Below, in pieces: positions 39,427-52,391 of a stretch of DNA of 64,000 nucleotides. Under the pieces are notes generated by a model, which did not search any database, was not told the DNA's origin, and was given only the letters and a program-made list of their open reading frames with translations. Position numbers and translations under genes: made by a program. Where the stretch lies: the NCBI RefSeq assembly GCF_006345805.1, contig NC_043015.1:18104001-18168000 (forward strand). The letters are read 5' to 3'. Source of the stretch: Octopus sinensis (Eukaryota). Within the stretch, counting starts at the first letter, position 1. Each line of letters starts with the position of its first letter.

Positions 39427-39744
39427 TATATGTGTATGTGTAGGCACAAGCGTGGCTGTGTGGTAAGAAGCTAGCCTCCTAACCATGTGTGTGTGTGTGT
39501 GTGTGTGCACGAGTGCACATATCTTTGTGTCTGTGTTTATCACCACCACCACCTCGACAACCGGTGTTAGTGTGTTTACATCCCAGTAATTTAATGGTTT
39601 AACAATAGAATAAGTAGCAGGCTTTAAAAAAGAACGTACTGGGGTTGATTTATTTGACTAAAATTCAAGGTGGTGTCCCAGCATGGTCACAGTCTAATGA
39701 CAGAAACAAGTATTAGGTACCAGGTATTTATATCACACACACAA

Positions 39745-39964
39745 ATGGTTGGCCAAAAGTCACACGACAGTAAATCAAAATTCCACAAATACTATCTGTA
39801 ATTCTGATAGACTCAAATGGAAAAATGTGTCACTCAAGAAGGACTTCAGTTTGAACTATTTTCATGATGTTTCATATTTAGATGCTTTTATTGAATTAAT
39901 TCAGTTGTTGAACATAAATAAATCTTGGAATTAAAATGTTTTGATTTACTTTTGGCCAACCCTG
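39745..39964. mobile_element. Small Tc1/mariner-type MITE
   Basis: Inverted ends ggttggccaaaagt and acttttggccaacc, with further inverted gtaaatcaaaa/ttttgatttac. Confidence 0.7.
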
Positions 39965-40267
39965 TATATATATTAGGCACAGAAGTAGCTCTGTGGAAAA
40001 AGTTTGCTTTCCAAGGACATGGTTCCAGGTTCAGTTCCACTGTGTGGCACCTTAGGCAAGAGTCTTCTACTATAGCCTTGAGCCGACAAAAGTCTTGTGA
40101 GTGGATTTGGTAGACTTAAACTGAAAGAAGCCTGTTATGTGTGTGTGTGCACACACACACACATTACATCAATGATATTTTCAACCAAGACATTACAACC
40201 ATATCTGATTGTTCAAGTGCATTAATTCTGTGTATATACATATATTTGCTCAACTGGTTCCTCCCAT

Positions 40268-40830
40268 TGTTTTGATGCACTACTATCTATCTATATACTA
40301 CTAAAACTCTCTGATTGCTTGCGTGAGTGCATGCATGCTTGTCTGTAATTTAATACAACAAAACTGGACATAATGGGAAAATACTCTGAAAGTAAGGTAC
40401 CCCTGAAATGTGCATACAAACAAAATAAAACAAATTTTACGTAAATCGCATCACAGATTCCCAAGATATGCGGTTTTTCGGGGTACCTTCAAAAACAGCC
40501 AATACAGTTCATAATGGGAAAATACTCTGAAAGTAACATAATCCTGAAATGGGAAAATTGTTTCCATTAATTTTGTTTATGTTATATAACAATTACTTTT
40601 GCACTTTTGTAGAAGTGTGCACATATGCCATAAATAAATACTGTTACTGGAGTTCAAGTTTATCCTGGAAGTTCTATTTCTATAAGATGCTGTAAACATG
40701 AACTTGTAAACCAGGCCTATGATGACATGAACAAATTGAAATATTTAACTTTCATTTCAATGCAATGTTGAAATCAGATTCAATATTTTATAACCTGAAC
40801 CGTCAGTGACCCGAAGGGTCATAGGTAGCC
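40268..40830 (+). mobile_element. Non-autonomous Helitron (degenerate 3' end)
   Basis: 5' tctatatactactaaaactc and 3' hairpin tgacccgaagggtca; the CTAG terminus is degenerate. Confidence 0.6.
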
Positions 40831-41939
40831 TAAATCATTAATAAAACTGTCTGCAATTTTGATGACACAATCATATCTGATTGTTCAAGTGCTTCAATTC
40901 TGTGTATGTACACCATCATCATCATTTAATGTCTGTCTTCCATGCATGCATGGGTAGGACGGTTGACAGGAGCCAGCCAGATAGAAAACTACCCTAAGCT
41001 ACTGTGTCTGTTTTGACAGGGTTCTTATGGCTGGATGCCCTTCCTAACACCAACCACTCTGCAGAGTGGGCTGAGTGCTTTTTATGTGGCACTAGCACAG
41101 GCGAGATCAATTTTGGCATTTTTACACCTGGATGCCCATCCAAATAGCAACTTTACAGAGTGGGCTGGATGCTTTGTAAGGGGCGCCAGCACTGGCAGGG
41201 TCAACTAGTAATTCGCAAGACAAGGAATTATAAGAGGGGCATGGGCATTTGAGGAGAACTTGTGTCAAAAGACAAAAGGTTAGAGTGTGACAGAGAGACA
41301 GAAGCAGGTGTCTTTCTATAACAGAAGGGGCATTACAGGAGCTGATCCAGTAGTATATGATGAAAGGTTAGGTCATGACAGAGAAATAGAGAGGCAGAAA
41401 TAGGTGTCTTGCTAGAGAGGAGTTACACGGTTACCCAGTGAGAGAGAGAGGGGGGGACAGAAACAGGTGTGCTGATGTAAAGGAGATGGTTACCTAGTCA
41501 GAGGAAAAGCAAGAGAAGAGAGAGTGATCAAGAATGAGTGCAAAAACAGGTGTGCTGTTGTAGAGGAGATACATGGCTACCCAGCCAGAGGGAAGAGAAA
41601 GGGAAAGAGAGAATGTAGGAAACAACAAAAGTGTAAGGGAAAGCAGGAGAGAGATGGTGAAGTGTCAGGATATACTAACAAGTAACAAGGATCAAAGCAC
41701 AAATGTAATGGTAGGATAAGGAAAAGAGAGGCACAAAGGTCATAATATATGCAGTCAGGTATTGCCAAGAAGGCACAAGTAGGGAGTGGGGCTTGCAGTG
41801 ATTGGCAAAAACTTAGGTAGAAAAATGGAGTGAGGCAGTGAGGACAGGAAAGGAGATTGGAAGACAATCATAGTTTACAAGGAGGAAATATGAAGAAGAG
41901 AAAGATGCAGTTTAGAAAGATGTAGTTCAGTTTCTTGGG

Positions 41940-43288
41940 GTAGGGTGTGTGAAAAGTTTGTTGTTCCATGTGGGTGGGACACAACACTTCTGGCACTCAG
42001 TTTTGCTGATGTGGGCAAGTCTTCTCTAGAACCTCATATCACCAAACATCTTGGTCCATTTTCATTCCCTGTCCTCACCACTTCATCCCATGTCTTCCTG
42101 GGTCTCCTTTTCCACAAGTACCATCCACTTTAGTGACAGGCACTTCTGTATACAGCTGTCTTCATTCATATGCATCACATGTCCACACCAATACATTCTC
42201 CTCTCCTGCATGCCATATTATAATCCCTGTTATACCTAACTTTTTTCTCAACACAATTGTGTTTTGTCGTTCATGTACACTGATGTTGCAAATCTAACGG
42301 AGCATACTATGTTCATTCCTCTCCAGTAAGAGCCCATGTCTCACTACCATGTAATATAGCCATTCTCACACAAGCATCATACAATTTACCTTTCATTCTG
42401 AGAGAGAGTCTTTTTGTTGCCAACAGAAGTAGTAGCTCTCAAAACTTCCTCCATCCTATTCCAGAAACAATACTTTCAGAGCATCCACCACCGTTACTAA
42501 TTTGGTTATGTAAATAGCAGAAACTATCTACCTCAAGAGAGACTCCTGGGCATTAGAGAGTGTGTTTAAGTTCCTCGTGCTCTTAGTACTTATTGTTCCT
42601 GTGCATCTGCTACACATGAAAGCGACCTTATCTGTTAACCTACCTGCAATTCCATTGCATCTCTTGTGTGTCCATAGCTGACACTTGGTGCAGCAAATGG
42701 AATTAAATCCCACTCTTTTCCTACATATTGAATAGGGCCATTTGCCAGCCGGAATGAGTCTTATCTTCTTTCTCACTAACAACAACTTTAGACTTAGCTA
42801 AGTTAACATTAAGACCCTTTGATTCCAGGTTTTGCTTCCAAACCTAGAACATTTTCTTGAATTCTGCAGTAACAGCAAGATCATCAGCATATAGCAGTTC
42901 CTATGAGCATCCAGTTTTGAATTCCTCTGTTATGGCCTGGAGAACTATGATGAATAAGAGTGGACTTAAGAATTGACCTCTGATGAACTCCAACTTGTAC
43001 ACTAAATTCATCACTGTATTCAAGGCTGACTCTCACCTTACTGACAGCATCGCTGTACATGGCTTGTACGGCTCTAACAAGTCACTCATCTACTCTTAGC
43101 TTCTTTAGAGACTACCAGATAAGAGAACAAGGAACTCTGCTCATATCTTTCTCCAGGTCAATGAAGGCTAAGTACAATAGTTTACTTTTGGCCAAATACT
43201 TTTCTTGCAACAGTCTCACTAGTCTCTGTGGTACTTCTCCCTGGAACAAAACCAAACTGCATCTCATCTAGTTTAAATCTATCCCTAA
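41940..43288 (-). mobile_element. Old RTE LINE fragment
   Basis: Decayed RT and PHD region (KWPYSICRKRVGFNSICCTKCQLWTHKRC), homologous to copies A and B. Confidence 0.88.
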
Positions 43289-43761
43289 TCAGTTATTTTT
43301 TGGGTGGGCGTTTTCTACAGAAACCCACCTTTTCGACTGCAGAGATTCTGAATCTGCAAAAAAAAAAATTCAGCATTTCAAAATTTTAATTCCTCCCACC
43401 CACCGATTTTTCACTTTTTTTAAAGAAATTTTTTGGGGCAAAATACCCCCTCCACTCCACCAGTGCATGTGTGACAGAAATTGAGCATGTGGTTGAGGGT
43501 CTTTTGGAATTAAGAGAGGTACATAAAAATTAGTTTTTTTGCACAAACATATGACAACAGAATGACATTTAAAAATTTTCTTTTCTTTTTTGGTAATTTA
43601 TGTAACGGTTAGTTCTTCGTTGCAGTCAAGGGTCAAAATTGTAATGGTTGTTGTTAAGATGTTGGTTGCCAGTGTGTAAGTTTTTTTCTTTTTTTTGCAG
43701 ATTCGGAATCTCCGCAGTTGAAAAGGTGGGTTTCTGTAGAACCACCCCGCAAATAACTGAA
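43289..43761. mobile_element. TIR element (about 75-bp inverted ends) interrupting the old RTE
   Basis: tcagttattt...ttctacagaaacccaccttttc...tctgcaaaaaa at the left end, and its reverse complement at about 43688-43761. Confidence 0.75.
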
Positions 43762-43899
43762 ACGGGGTGCGGTCTATGTCCTTTGCTGCCGCCAGATTTT
43801 TTACACAAGGGTCAGTACTTGTTGGCAAGGGAACCTCTCCATTGTTGGGTGAATTTGTTGAGAGTCAGATGGTTTTTTCGCGCTGCTTAGGAAACATAT

Positions 43900-44940
43900 T
43901 CAGACCTTAGCGGGTCAGAGTTGTCTTCTGCGGAGGAGGAGCTGGTAAGGGCAGTCATAAAGATGGACGGAGTGTTGGAGAAAAGGAGGTTTGCTTAGGC
44001 CACAGAGATGAAGTGAAGGGAGTTGGACTTGGATGGTCTGAAGGCATATGAGAAGATGGTAACAGAAGGTGGGCAGGGACGTGAAGTTGACGCACCCCAA
44101 CCCCAAAAGGAATGATAGAGCAGATGGAGAGAAAACCGATCACCTATAAGGTGTTCTTGTTAAAAAGAAAAAAGGCTGAGCAGGTGGAAGCAGAAATTGA
44201 AAAGGCGCAAAAGGAGTGATCAAAGAAAATAACATACATAACAAAAGGAAGGAGATATAGGACAATGGCCGTCCAATTTAGGACAGTAGAGGAAGTGAAG
44301 AGGCTGGCGAGTGTGGCAGTGAAAACAGAAGAAGTAGTGCTTCTGCCCACATACCTTGGAAGAAAGATTTCCAAGGTACAGGTAGAAGCAATCCCACCTG
44401 ATATAGAAGTGGTTTGGGTGGCGGTGGCTGTCCTTGTTGGAAGTGAGGAGAAGCTGGCTGTCCTTCAAGCCACAGAAACGGAAGTAGGGTGGAAAGGGAA
44501 GAAGATACTAGAACTAATTATACAGGCAGAGGAAGGACAACTGGAGAGTTTGGCAGAGATGGTGACGTTGGGGGAAATTGTGCTGAGAGTGTGGGAAGAG
44601 AGCAGAGTACCACGTTGTTTTAATGTGGCCTAAAGGGCCACATTAGAGCATACTGCCCTCTACAGAAGACAATAGTAGAGGAAACAGTTGTGGAAACGGA
44701 AGAGAAAAAAAAGAGAAAGAACACTGAGTGTGTTCCATCCCACACAAGACCACCCTCCCCATTTCCCCACAGGAAAAAAAGAAAAAAAAAAGCAGACACC
44801 TCAGAATTTAGAAGACCCCTCCCCCAGTGAAAAAGGTTATGAGAGAGTGCAATCATGGAGCGATAGCGGAACTGGAACAGAGACTAAAAGGAAATTAGGA
44901 CTCAGAGGCGTCGAGGGGTGTTGCTCAGTGTCGGGTGAGT
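43900..44940 (+). mobile_element. 5' part of an L1/Tx1-like LINE: decayed ORF1 with a zinc-knuckle remnant
   Basis: ORF 44265-44633 (LPTYLGRKISKVQVEAIPPDIEV...PRCF) is followed by a degenerate CCHC-like segment. It resembles the ORF1 fragment inside the Helitron array. Confidence 0.6.
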
Positions 44941-46915
44941 AGCACACTTTTCATATTTTCATTTTCAGCTATCACGCATGTTATAATTTTAATTTGTTTT
45001 TCATATTCATTTTCATGTGTCATATATTTTATTTTTATATATTTTTAATTGTTATATGTCCCCACATGTGTTGTAGTGTTGTAATGCCTTTATGGCAAAA
45101 ATATTGAAATAAAGGGAACCTCTCCAGTAGCACTCGTCCTTTTAGAAATAACAGCCAAATTTTCCTAGTCACACTGCACCATCTTTTTTTAGCAAAACGT
45201 ACCCGTACGCTTTTCTTTCGTTGTCTTTTGTATGTGTGGCGATAACAATGCCCTATTTCCGAATCAATGGAACTACCTTTTTTTTTTTTTTTTTTTGCAT
45301 ATTCGTAACCTTTGCTATCTAAATAAAACCTCGGAATCCGAAGGAAATTTTTGGCTAAGATCGCCGAATTTTTAAAAAAATGCATTATTGAAGCTGAAGT
45401 GCAAAACTGCATTAGCCCTGTAATTTGTGCCAATTGGAGGGTATTTTCTATAAAATTTCAGAAATATATATCCATTTTCCTGAAAGTTATGAAGGGAAAA
45501 AATCAGACCTTGTGTATTTTCTGAAAGTCCCCCATCCCCACCCCAACGTTCGTTTGTGCAAATTTTTCTGTTTATACACAGTATTTTACACTTAGGTTGG
45601 GGGCTTTCTTTTTTTTTTTTTTCTTTTCGGTAACGGATCTCAAACTTTATATTGACCGGAAAATGTTATAGATCTCCACCATTTCATGAATGAAACTACA
45701 AACTGACGGTAATTAAAGAGAACTATAGATATTAAAGTAAAGAAATAGGTATTAAAGAGAACTGAGTCTGAAAGCACCTATTGGGTGAGCAGTAGAGACG
45801 ATAGAAAAGTACAGAATTTTAGTGGAGACTGGTGTAAGTGCGATAATATTTACAGTACATTGAAGACTATAACAGAAGAGTAGTAGTAGTAATAGTACAG
45901 TGAACTTGGTCATGGTAGCACAAGGGAAACTTGGGATAATACGGAAAAAAAACTTGTGATGGCACTATAGGGAAGACTGTGATGATAGCACAAGGAAAAC
46001 ACTAGTGACAGTACAGAAGAAACTGTGGTGACATTAATAATAGTATAGTGGATACTGCGATCATAGTTAAGTGAAGTTGGTGGTGATAGAACACTGGAGA
46101 CTGGTTATAGTACAGTGGTGACTATGATGAGCCAGCGGAGACAGTGATAACTGTGGTGGCAGAGATATTGATGACAAAGACATAGTAAAGCATTGATAAA
46201 GTACTTAGAATACGCAAACTAGACCCGATGCCCATTATAAAGCAAAATGTCATCGGAACGCTAAAAAATTTACAATGAATGTACAACAAAGGTCACACGA
46301 TAAAACAACTCTTTTAGATCTTGCCAACTTCACATCAGAATTTTAAGATAAAAAATAAAGCGTGAATATCCAGCCAGAATCAAAAACACATAACCACTAA
46401 GTAAAAAAAATGAAAAAAACGCTGCCACAGTCCTACTAGAAATGATTAGTGAGCACTGGGTAACAGTGAATGCGTTCAAAAGTGCTGACAAGCAAAGTGA
46501 CAGGCAAACCTCAAATGGTTTGTAAAAAGGACACAGAAAAAAAACTGAATTCAAAGTTTAAAATTTCAATCAATATAAGGATTGAAAAAAAAACTTCCGC
46601 GATTCACTTTCCGGATCATAAATCGAAATACCGCCAAAAACAAAACAGTAAAAATACTCATACAACTAAAACGGTGGCGATAAAAACAGCGATCGCAGAG
46701 GTAACAGGAAAATGAAGAAAATATAAGAATAGTAACAATAGTAGGTTAAGGGCAGGACTGAAGCCATTCATGTTAGGAGAGTGATGAAATGTTGGGGCAA
46801 TGAATGTCGATAATCATATTAGGAAAATGGCGACTATTTTGTGTTGATGGGGGGTCATTAAAATAGTCGGGGTTAATATCGTCTCTGATAGGACCAGATA
46901 AATATCGATAGTGTA

Positions 46916-46970
<55 letters not shown>

Positions 46971-47659
46971 TAGGTAGTGTGTATATACAAGAAATAACAT
47001 TAAATAATTAACAGAAGTGGCTCTCTTTATTATCTCCGTAAATGTTATATTGCTCTCCAGTGAAAATTGTGGCGGTAAATAGAGTTTAATCACTGAAATA
47101 AAAACAAACAGAAATTTATTTTAATAATTACTTACTCGTAGATACGTAAATTCACTCTTTTAATATGTCATAAGCCGATATTGGTTAGATAAGGTGGAAA
47201 ACTCCAGTAATTAAGATGGACAATGAAAAAACCTGGACACTGCCGCCATGTGCAGCAGTAACTACAAACATATTGTGAAGAGTTTATTTAAATGAAGATA
47301 TGTATATCATTAAACTAAAAGATCAAAACATTAGTGGCTTAAAACAGATTAAAAATTCATTAATTTAAATTTGCTATAATTATTTCCAAAGTTAATTTTT
47401 AATAATATTCAGTGCTGTACTGCTCATTTCTTCAATTCCGGGATCAATATTTGTTTTTCTATCGTGAATTAAAGATTGTTGCTCAGTTTTTTTAATTATT
47501 GTGTACATCTAGGAAGCTTTTGAATGATATTGGTTATTTTTTAAACATGAATTTATATGTCAAATTTCTTACTGCATAAATAAAATTGTTATCTCGGCAT
47601 ATGATTGATATTTTACGCAATATGCTGTGTTATTATTTCTGAGAAACAGTGTCTCGGTT

Positions 47660-47742
47660 GGGACAAACCGGAAACTAAAGTCACGTGGCAGCATTGTTTA
47701 AATACTAGTCGGGTCTCAAGTACGAGAGGTGGAAGACGTTGA
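47660..47742 (+). promoter_or_regulatory. Putative SOD2 promoter
   Basis: Locally CpG-rich, with ETS-like CCGGAAA (47668-47674) and E-box GTCACGTG (47680-47687) about 55-75 bp upstream of the ATG. Confidence 0.55.
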
Positions 47743-47786
47743 ATGATGTTGAATAATTTGATGACAATTCGCCAGGCTGTAGTAAG
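47743..47786 (+). CDS. SOD2: Mitochondrial Mn-superoxide dismutase, coding exon 1 (start of targeting peptide MMLNNLMTIRQAVV)
   Basis: ATG at 47743 and phase-2 donor AG|gtaaca. It joins exon 2 in frame (AG+G = Arg) to give an Arg/Ser-rich presequence. Confidence 0.75.
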
Positions 47787-49400
47787 GTAACATTACGGGA
47801 TGATAACTGTCATATATTGGATTATTTACTTTAATGCCTTTCTCCAACTTCTCTATGTCTAGAAGAATGTATAAAATCCTCTTTGTTTCCACAACGACCT
47901 TAAGTAAGGTCATTGGGTATAGATACATTTTTTTATTTCACAATATTTCTGATTGCAATACATTAAACTTCCATAAATTCCATCTATTGTCATTAACTTG
48001 AGCACTTTGAAATCACGCTATAAAGTTTAGCTCCTAAACAACACTGGTCGAGTAAACTTGTAATCAAAAGCATTCTTGTTATGACGCACCTTTTTCTTTT
48101 TTACGTATATAGAGAACCCCATACTTCAATTTCTAATGTGTCCTGTTTTTAAAGACAGTTGGATATGATCTGAAGATGTAGCTGCTATTCCTAGCAAGTC
48201 GTACATTGTAAAGTTGTATTTTCCTTAGATATGTTACTAATTTTTCTGTCTGCAGATCACCACAAATAATAACGTCGCACTTGCAAATAATGGCTTAAGA
48301 TCAGTATCCGTCTCTACATATTACTTTTAGTGGAGTACAGAGATAGGATACAAACTTTACAACCAATTCAGTTCTAAGTTTATCACCTCTTAGCTGGATT
48401 TGTCTTTTATCTTTTTGAAACTGATAAATAACGGCATAACTACATTTGGTAAAATTCATGTAGATCAACAAAATGCTACATAAACCCTTAAAATACTTTT
48501 TGTTACTATGTACATAACAAATTAATTTAGCTGGACTTGGATAACCACGTTACACAGTGGTCAGTTTGATGCCACCAACATTAGTCTTAGGAGAATTTTT
48601 TTTTATGCAAGTCAGAGAAACGGCGACTTCGGTCAAACTTAAGCGTTTGACCCGATGATAAAAACAAAAAAAAAATAGTGTAATAGGTGTAAAACAACTT
48701 CCTCTAAACGAATATGATTTTTAAAAATGCGCGCTCGCGAAAGGGTGGGGTTGGGGAGAGGCCTCGGAAAATTCCCATGAATTTCCGAAAGCGTCTGAGG
48801 GTGTGACTCCGGCACAAAAACAAAAAAAAATAGTGTAATATGTGTAAACAACTTGCTCTAAACGAATATGACCAAAAAAATGCGCACTCGCGAAAGGGGG
48901 GTGGGGGAGAGGACTTGTAAAATTCACATCGTGAATGTTCCGGGCCGGAAAAAAAAAAATAGTGCAATTGGTGTAAAACTACTTGTTCTAAACGATTATC
49001 AAGAACACTCACACACACAAAGTGAAATGGTTGGTTCAAGGCAAGTGTGCATTGAACTGAATTTAAATAAGCAAGAAAGATATTATCAAAGAAAAGGCCA
49101 AATATTTTTTTGCTATTTCTTTCTTTACCCATAATTTTAGATAACATTTTGCAGAAATACATTTTCGAGAGAGTGTGGATTGTATTAGATTGAAAATTCA
49201 AAGAAGCTTGAAATGAATAAGTGAAAATGCAGAGGTCATAGAAGTTAGTGGTAATGAAGTGTGTGGAGAGATAACAAGCGATAAATTCATCTAAAAAAAA
49301 AAAGCATGTTAGAGTTTTTGCATGTATGTGTGAAACGAAGTAAAAGTATAATATTAAAACAAAAATATCTTTTTCGTATCTCTTAAAATCACTGGATATA

Positions 49401-50346
49401 ATCATCGTTTAATGTCTGCTTTCCATGCTAGCATGGGTTAGATGATTTGACTGAGGACTGGCAAACCAGATGGCTGCACCGGGCTCCAATCTTGATCTGG
49501 CAGAGTTTCTACAACTGGATGCCCTTCCTAATGCCAACCACTCCGAGAGTGTAGTGGGTGCTTTTATGTGCCACTGACACGAAGGCCAGTCAGGTACTAG
49601 CAATGGCCACGCTCAAATGGTGTTTTTTTACGTGCCACCTGCACAGGAGCCATTCCAGTGGCACTACCAACGACGTCACTCGAATGTTATTTTCATGTGC
49701 CACTGGCACAAGTACCAGTAAGGCGATGCTGGTAACGATCACGCTCAAATGGTACTTTTTACATGCCACCAGCATGGAAGCCAGTTAGCCGCTCTGGCAA
49801 CGATCACGCTCGGATGGTGCTCTTAGCGCTCCACTAGCACAGATGCCAGTCATTGAATTTGATTTCACTTGCCTCAACAGGTCTTCGCAAACAGAGTTTA
49901 GTGTCCAATGAAGGAAAGGTATGCATAAGTTGGCTGGTTACACCCCTGGCATAGGCCATGAGGTTATGGTCTCATTAGAGTCAACCTACCTAAAACCAAA
50001 ATTCTAAGTAGGAAGGCAGGCAAACCACAAATCCCTTCAGGTAGATGGTCCTGCTCAATCTGTAGAAAAGGCGTAGGTAGAAACTCTATAAGATGTACCC
50101 AGTGTAAGCAATGGACGCATAAGAGGTGCAGCAATATCAAAGGAAGGCTAACTGAGAAGATAGTTTTTGTATGTGGCAGATGCTCAGGAGCAATAAACAC
50201 TGAAAATGTGCAGAGAACAACTTCTGCCACATTCAAGGGAGAAAACTAGAAGTAGTTGATAGCTTCCATTACCTTGATGACCAGGTCAGTAGCGGGGGAG
50301 GGTGTGCTGAAAGTGTATCTGCTAGAATAAGAATAGCCTGGGCAAA
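49401..50346 (-). mobile_element. 5'-truncated RTE insertion with 5' inversion
   Basis: 3' UTR on - (49401-49978), joined through ttag to a + strand ORF2 piece (49975-50346, equivalent to about 12227-12603). Confidence 0.85.
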
Positions 50347-51283
50347 ATGAGTTTTGTAACTGTCACAATATACTCTTCTAGGACTGAAATTTTTGTAGGG
50401 AGGGGGCCAGTTGATTAGATACTTAATTTATTGACCCCGAAAGGACAAGTCGACCTTGGCAGAATTTGAACTCAGAACGTAAAGACAGATGGTCATAATA
50501 TGCAAACATTTCTCACGGCACCAGTACACTGTTTACAGATGCTTACATTTTTTATGTTTTCCGTGAATTTTTCACGGGTCCAGCTAGTATATATAATTAT
50601 GACAGATTGTTATACCATTCAATGTTTAGGTAAACTTTGTCACCCACTCTCTCTCTCCCCACACAAAAATTAAACTCATTTCAGTATCAAAAATTGCACA
50701 GGGAAAACGCTTTAGTGTTTTTCAAATCTATTCTGCAATCTGGGATTATTATATATATTATATCCAGTGATTTTAAGAGAATCGAAAAAGATATTTTTGT
50801 TTTAATATTATATCTACATGGTAAATAGATGTATTAGAAATAGGAGCTGAATCCCTTAAAAATTAAAGGTGTTTGATCAACTTGCGAGAAATAGCAGAAA
50901 AATATTCCTCAAGGCTCAACAATAACAAGATATCAACATTCCTACTGTCTAATGGATGTAGTGATGGTTTAAGTATAGTACATTGATGTTATGGTGATGG
51001 GTGGTAGTTGACATTGTGTTAGTCTGTTGGGGGTTGTTCTATAATTGTCACCACCAGATAGGAGTCATGGTAGTGATGTAGACACTTTGTTGTTAAGCCC
51101 TGCATTACTCCGCCAGCTGTGATTTGAAGATATTGCTCTACTGTATTTAGTAAGTCAGTCAAAACCTTTCATTTTAAAAAGATTTGGCTATTTCTAACAC
51201 ATCTAGTTACCATATAGAGGTTTCCCCTCATTGGCTCCTTATCACAGTAGGATGTGGTTGCTATTTCTATAAGTTTTGCTATT

Positions 51284-51677
51284 TTATTTACATTTGATGG
51301 ATATTTGTCCTCATCTTGTTTGTTGTTAACATGTTTTGGCTGATATACTCTCCAGCGTTCATCAGGTGTCTTGGGGAAATTTCTAAACTGGGTTCTCATT
51401 CCTAAGATGTTTTTCAATGTTGTTGTTGTTATTCAGGTCACTGCCTGGAATGGATCTTGAAATCTTGGGGTTAAGAGTGCGAGCTACTAACCCCAAGATT
51501 CCGAGTTCGATTCCAGGAAGTGACCAGAATAATAACAACATTTAAAAATACCTTAGGAATGAGAACCCAGATTCAAAATTTCCCCAAGGCACCTGATGAA
51601 GGCTTGAGGGTATATCAGCCAAAACGTTGTGTTAACAACGAACAAGATGAGGACAGATATCCATCAAATGTAAATAA
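51284..51677. mobile_element. Fold-back element: 190-bp inverted arms, tRNA-like centre, a degenerate hammerhead in each arm
   Basis: Arms 51284-51473 and 51488-51677 with a 14-nt loop. B-box GTTCGATTCC at about 51505-51514. CTGATGA at 51593-51599 (+) and 51359-51365 (-). Confidence 0.88.
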
Positions 51678-52391
51678 TGTACATAATTCCTCATCTCTTA
51701 AATATAGAACTGAAGTTTTGCTGTTATGTAAAGGTCTACCTCATTGGCACATGTGCACTGTGTATACATGCATAAGGCAGTAAGGATATAATTTAAAGGT
51801 TCAAAACAGTTGAATCTGGTGTGTCAAACCAAAAAAGTCATGTACAGGATGTGCCAAAAAAACTTATACATCTTATAATAATTCTGCTTGTCATTGCATT
51901 ACAATGGTAATGCTTTCATGCGATTAGAGTAAAGCATCTATGATGAGAGGTAGTGGGAATGTAATTGTAACACTTTCATGTGATTAGTTGAAGGGAGAGA
52001 GAAAAAGAGGATAAGGCAAAGAGTGGGGTAGAAAGAGGTAGAGAGAAGCATCCATGATGTGAGATAGGGAGAACGTAATATTATGTGGTTAAAAGAGTTA
52101 GTGGAAAGTTAAAAATATAATTTTAGCAGAGGGGTGATGTTCTGATTGTCTTGGTTAAAGAAAGGCAGAGAGAGGGGGAGAGGTGGTGATGATTGGATAG
52201 TGAAAAGTGTTGTTTTTTTAATTGAACTAAGTTTTTTATATCACCTATCACTTTATGCATGCACATAAGTTCAATTCTGTGAAATATTCATGTTTATTTA
52301 TGTTGCAGATATTTGCAATATGGGATTTGTTTTTTTTTTTGCTGTTTATGAGAAAATGGAAAAGTAAGAGTGAATATATATTTTATGAGTG

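Noticed and set aside
47136-47249. Protein-coding first exon MAAVSR... on -, possibly with TGA read-through
   Set aside because: The ATG frame stops after 12 codons. Reaching the donor in frame would need both a frameshift and a read-through.
51465-51525. Functional tRNA gene
   Set aside because: It has A/B-box-like motifs but no acceptor stem or full cloverleaf, so it is treated as a SINE-type head.
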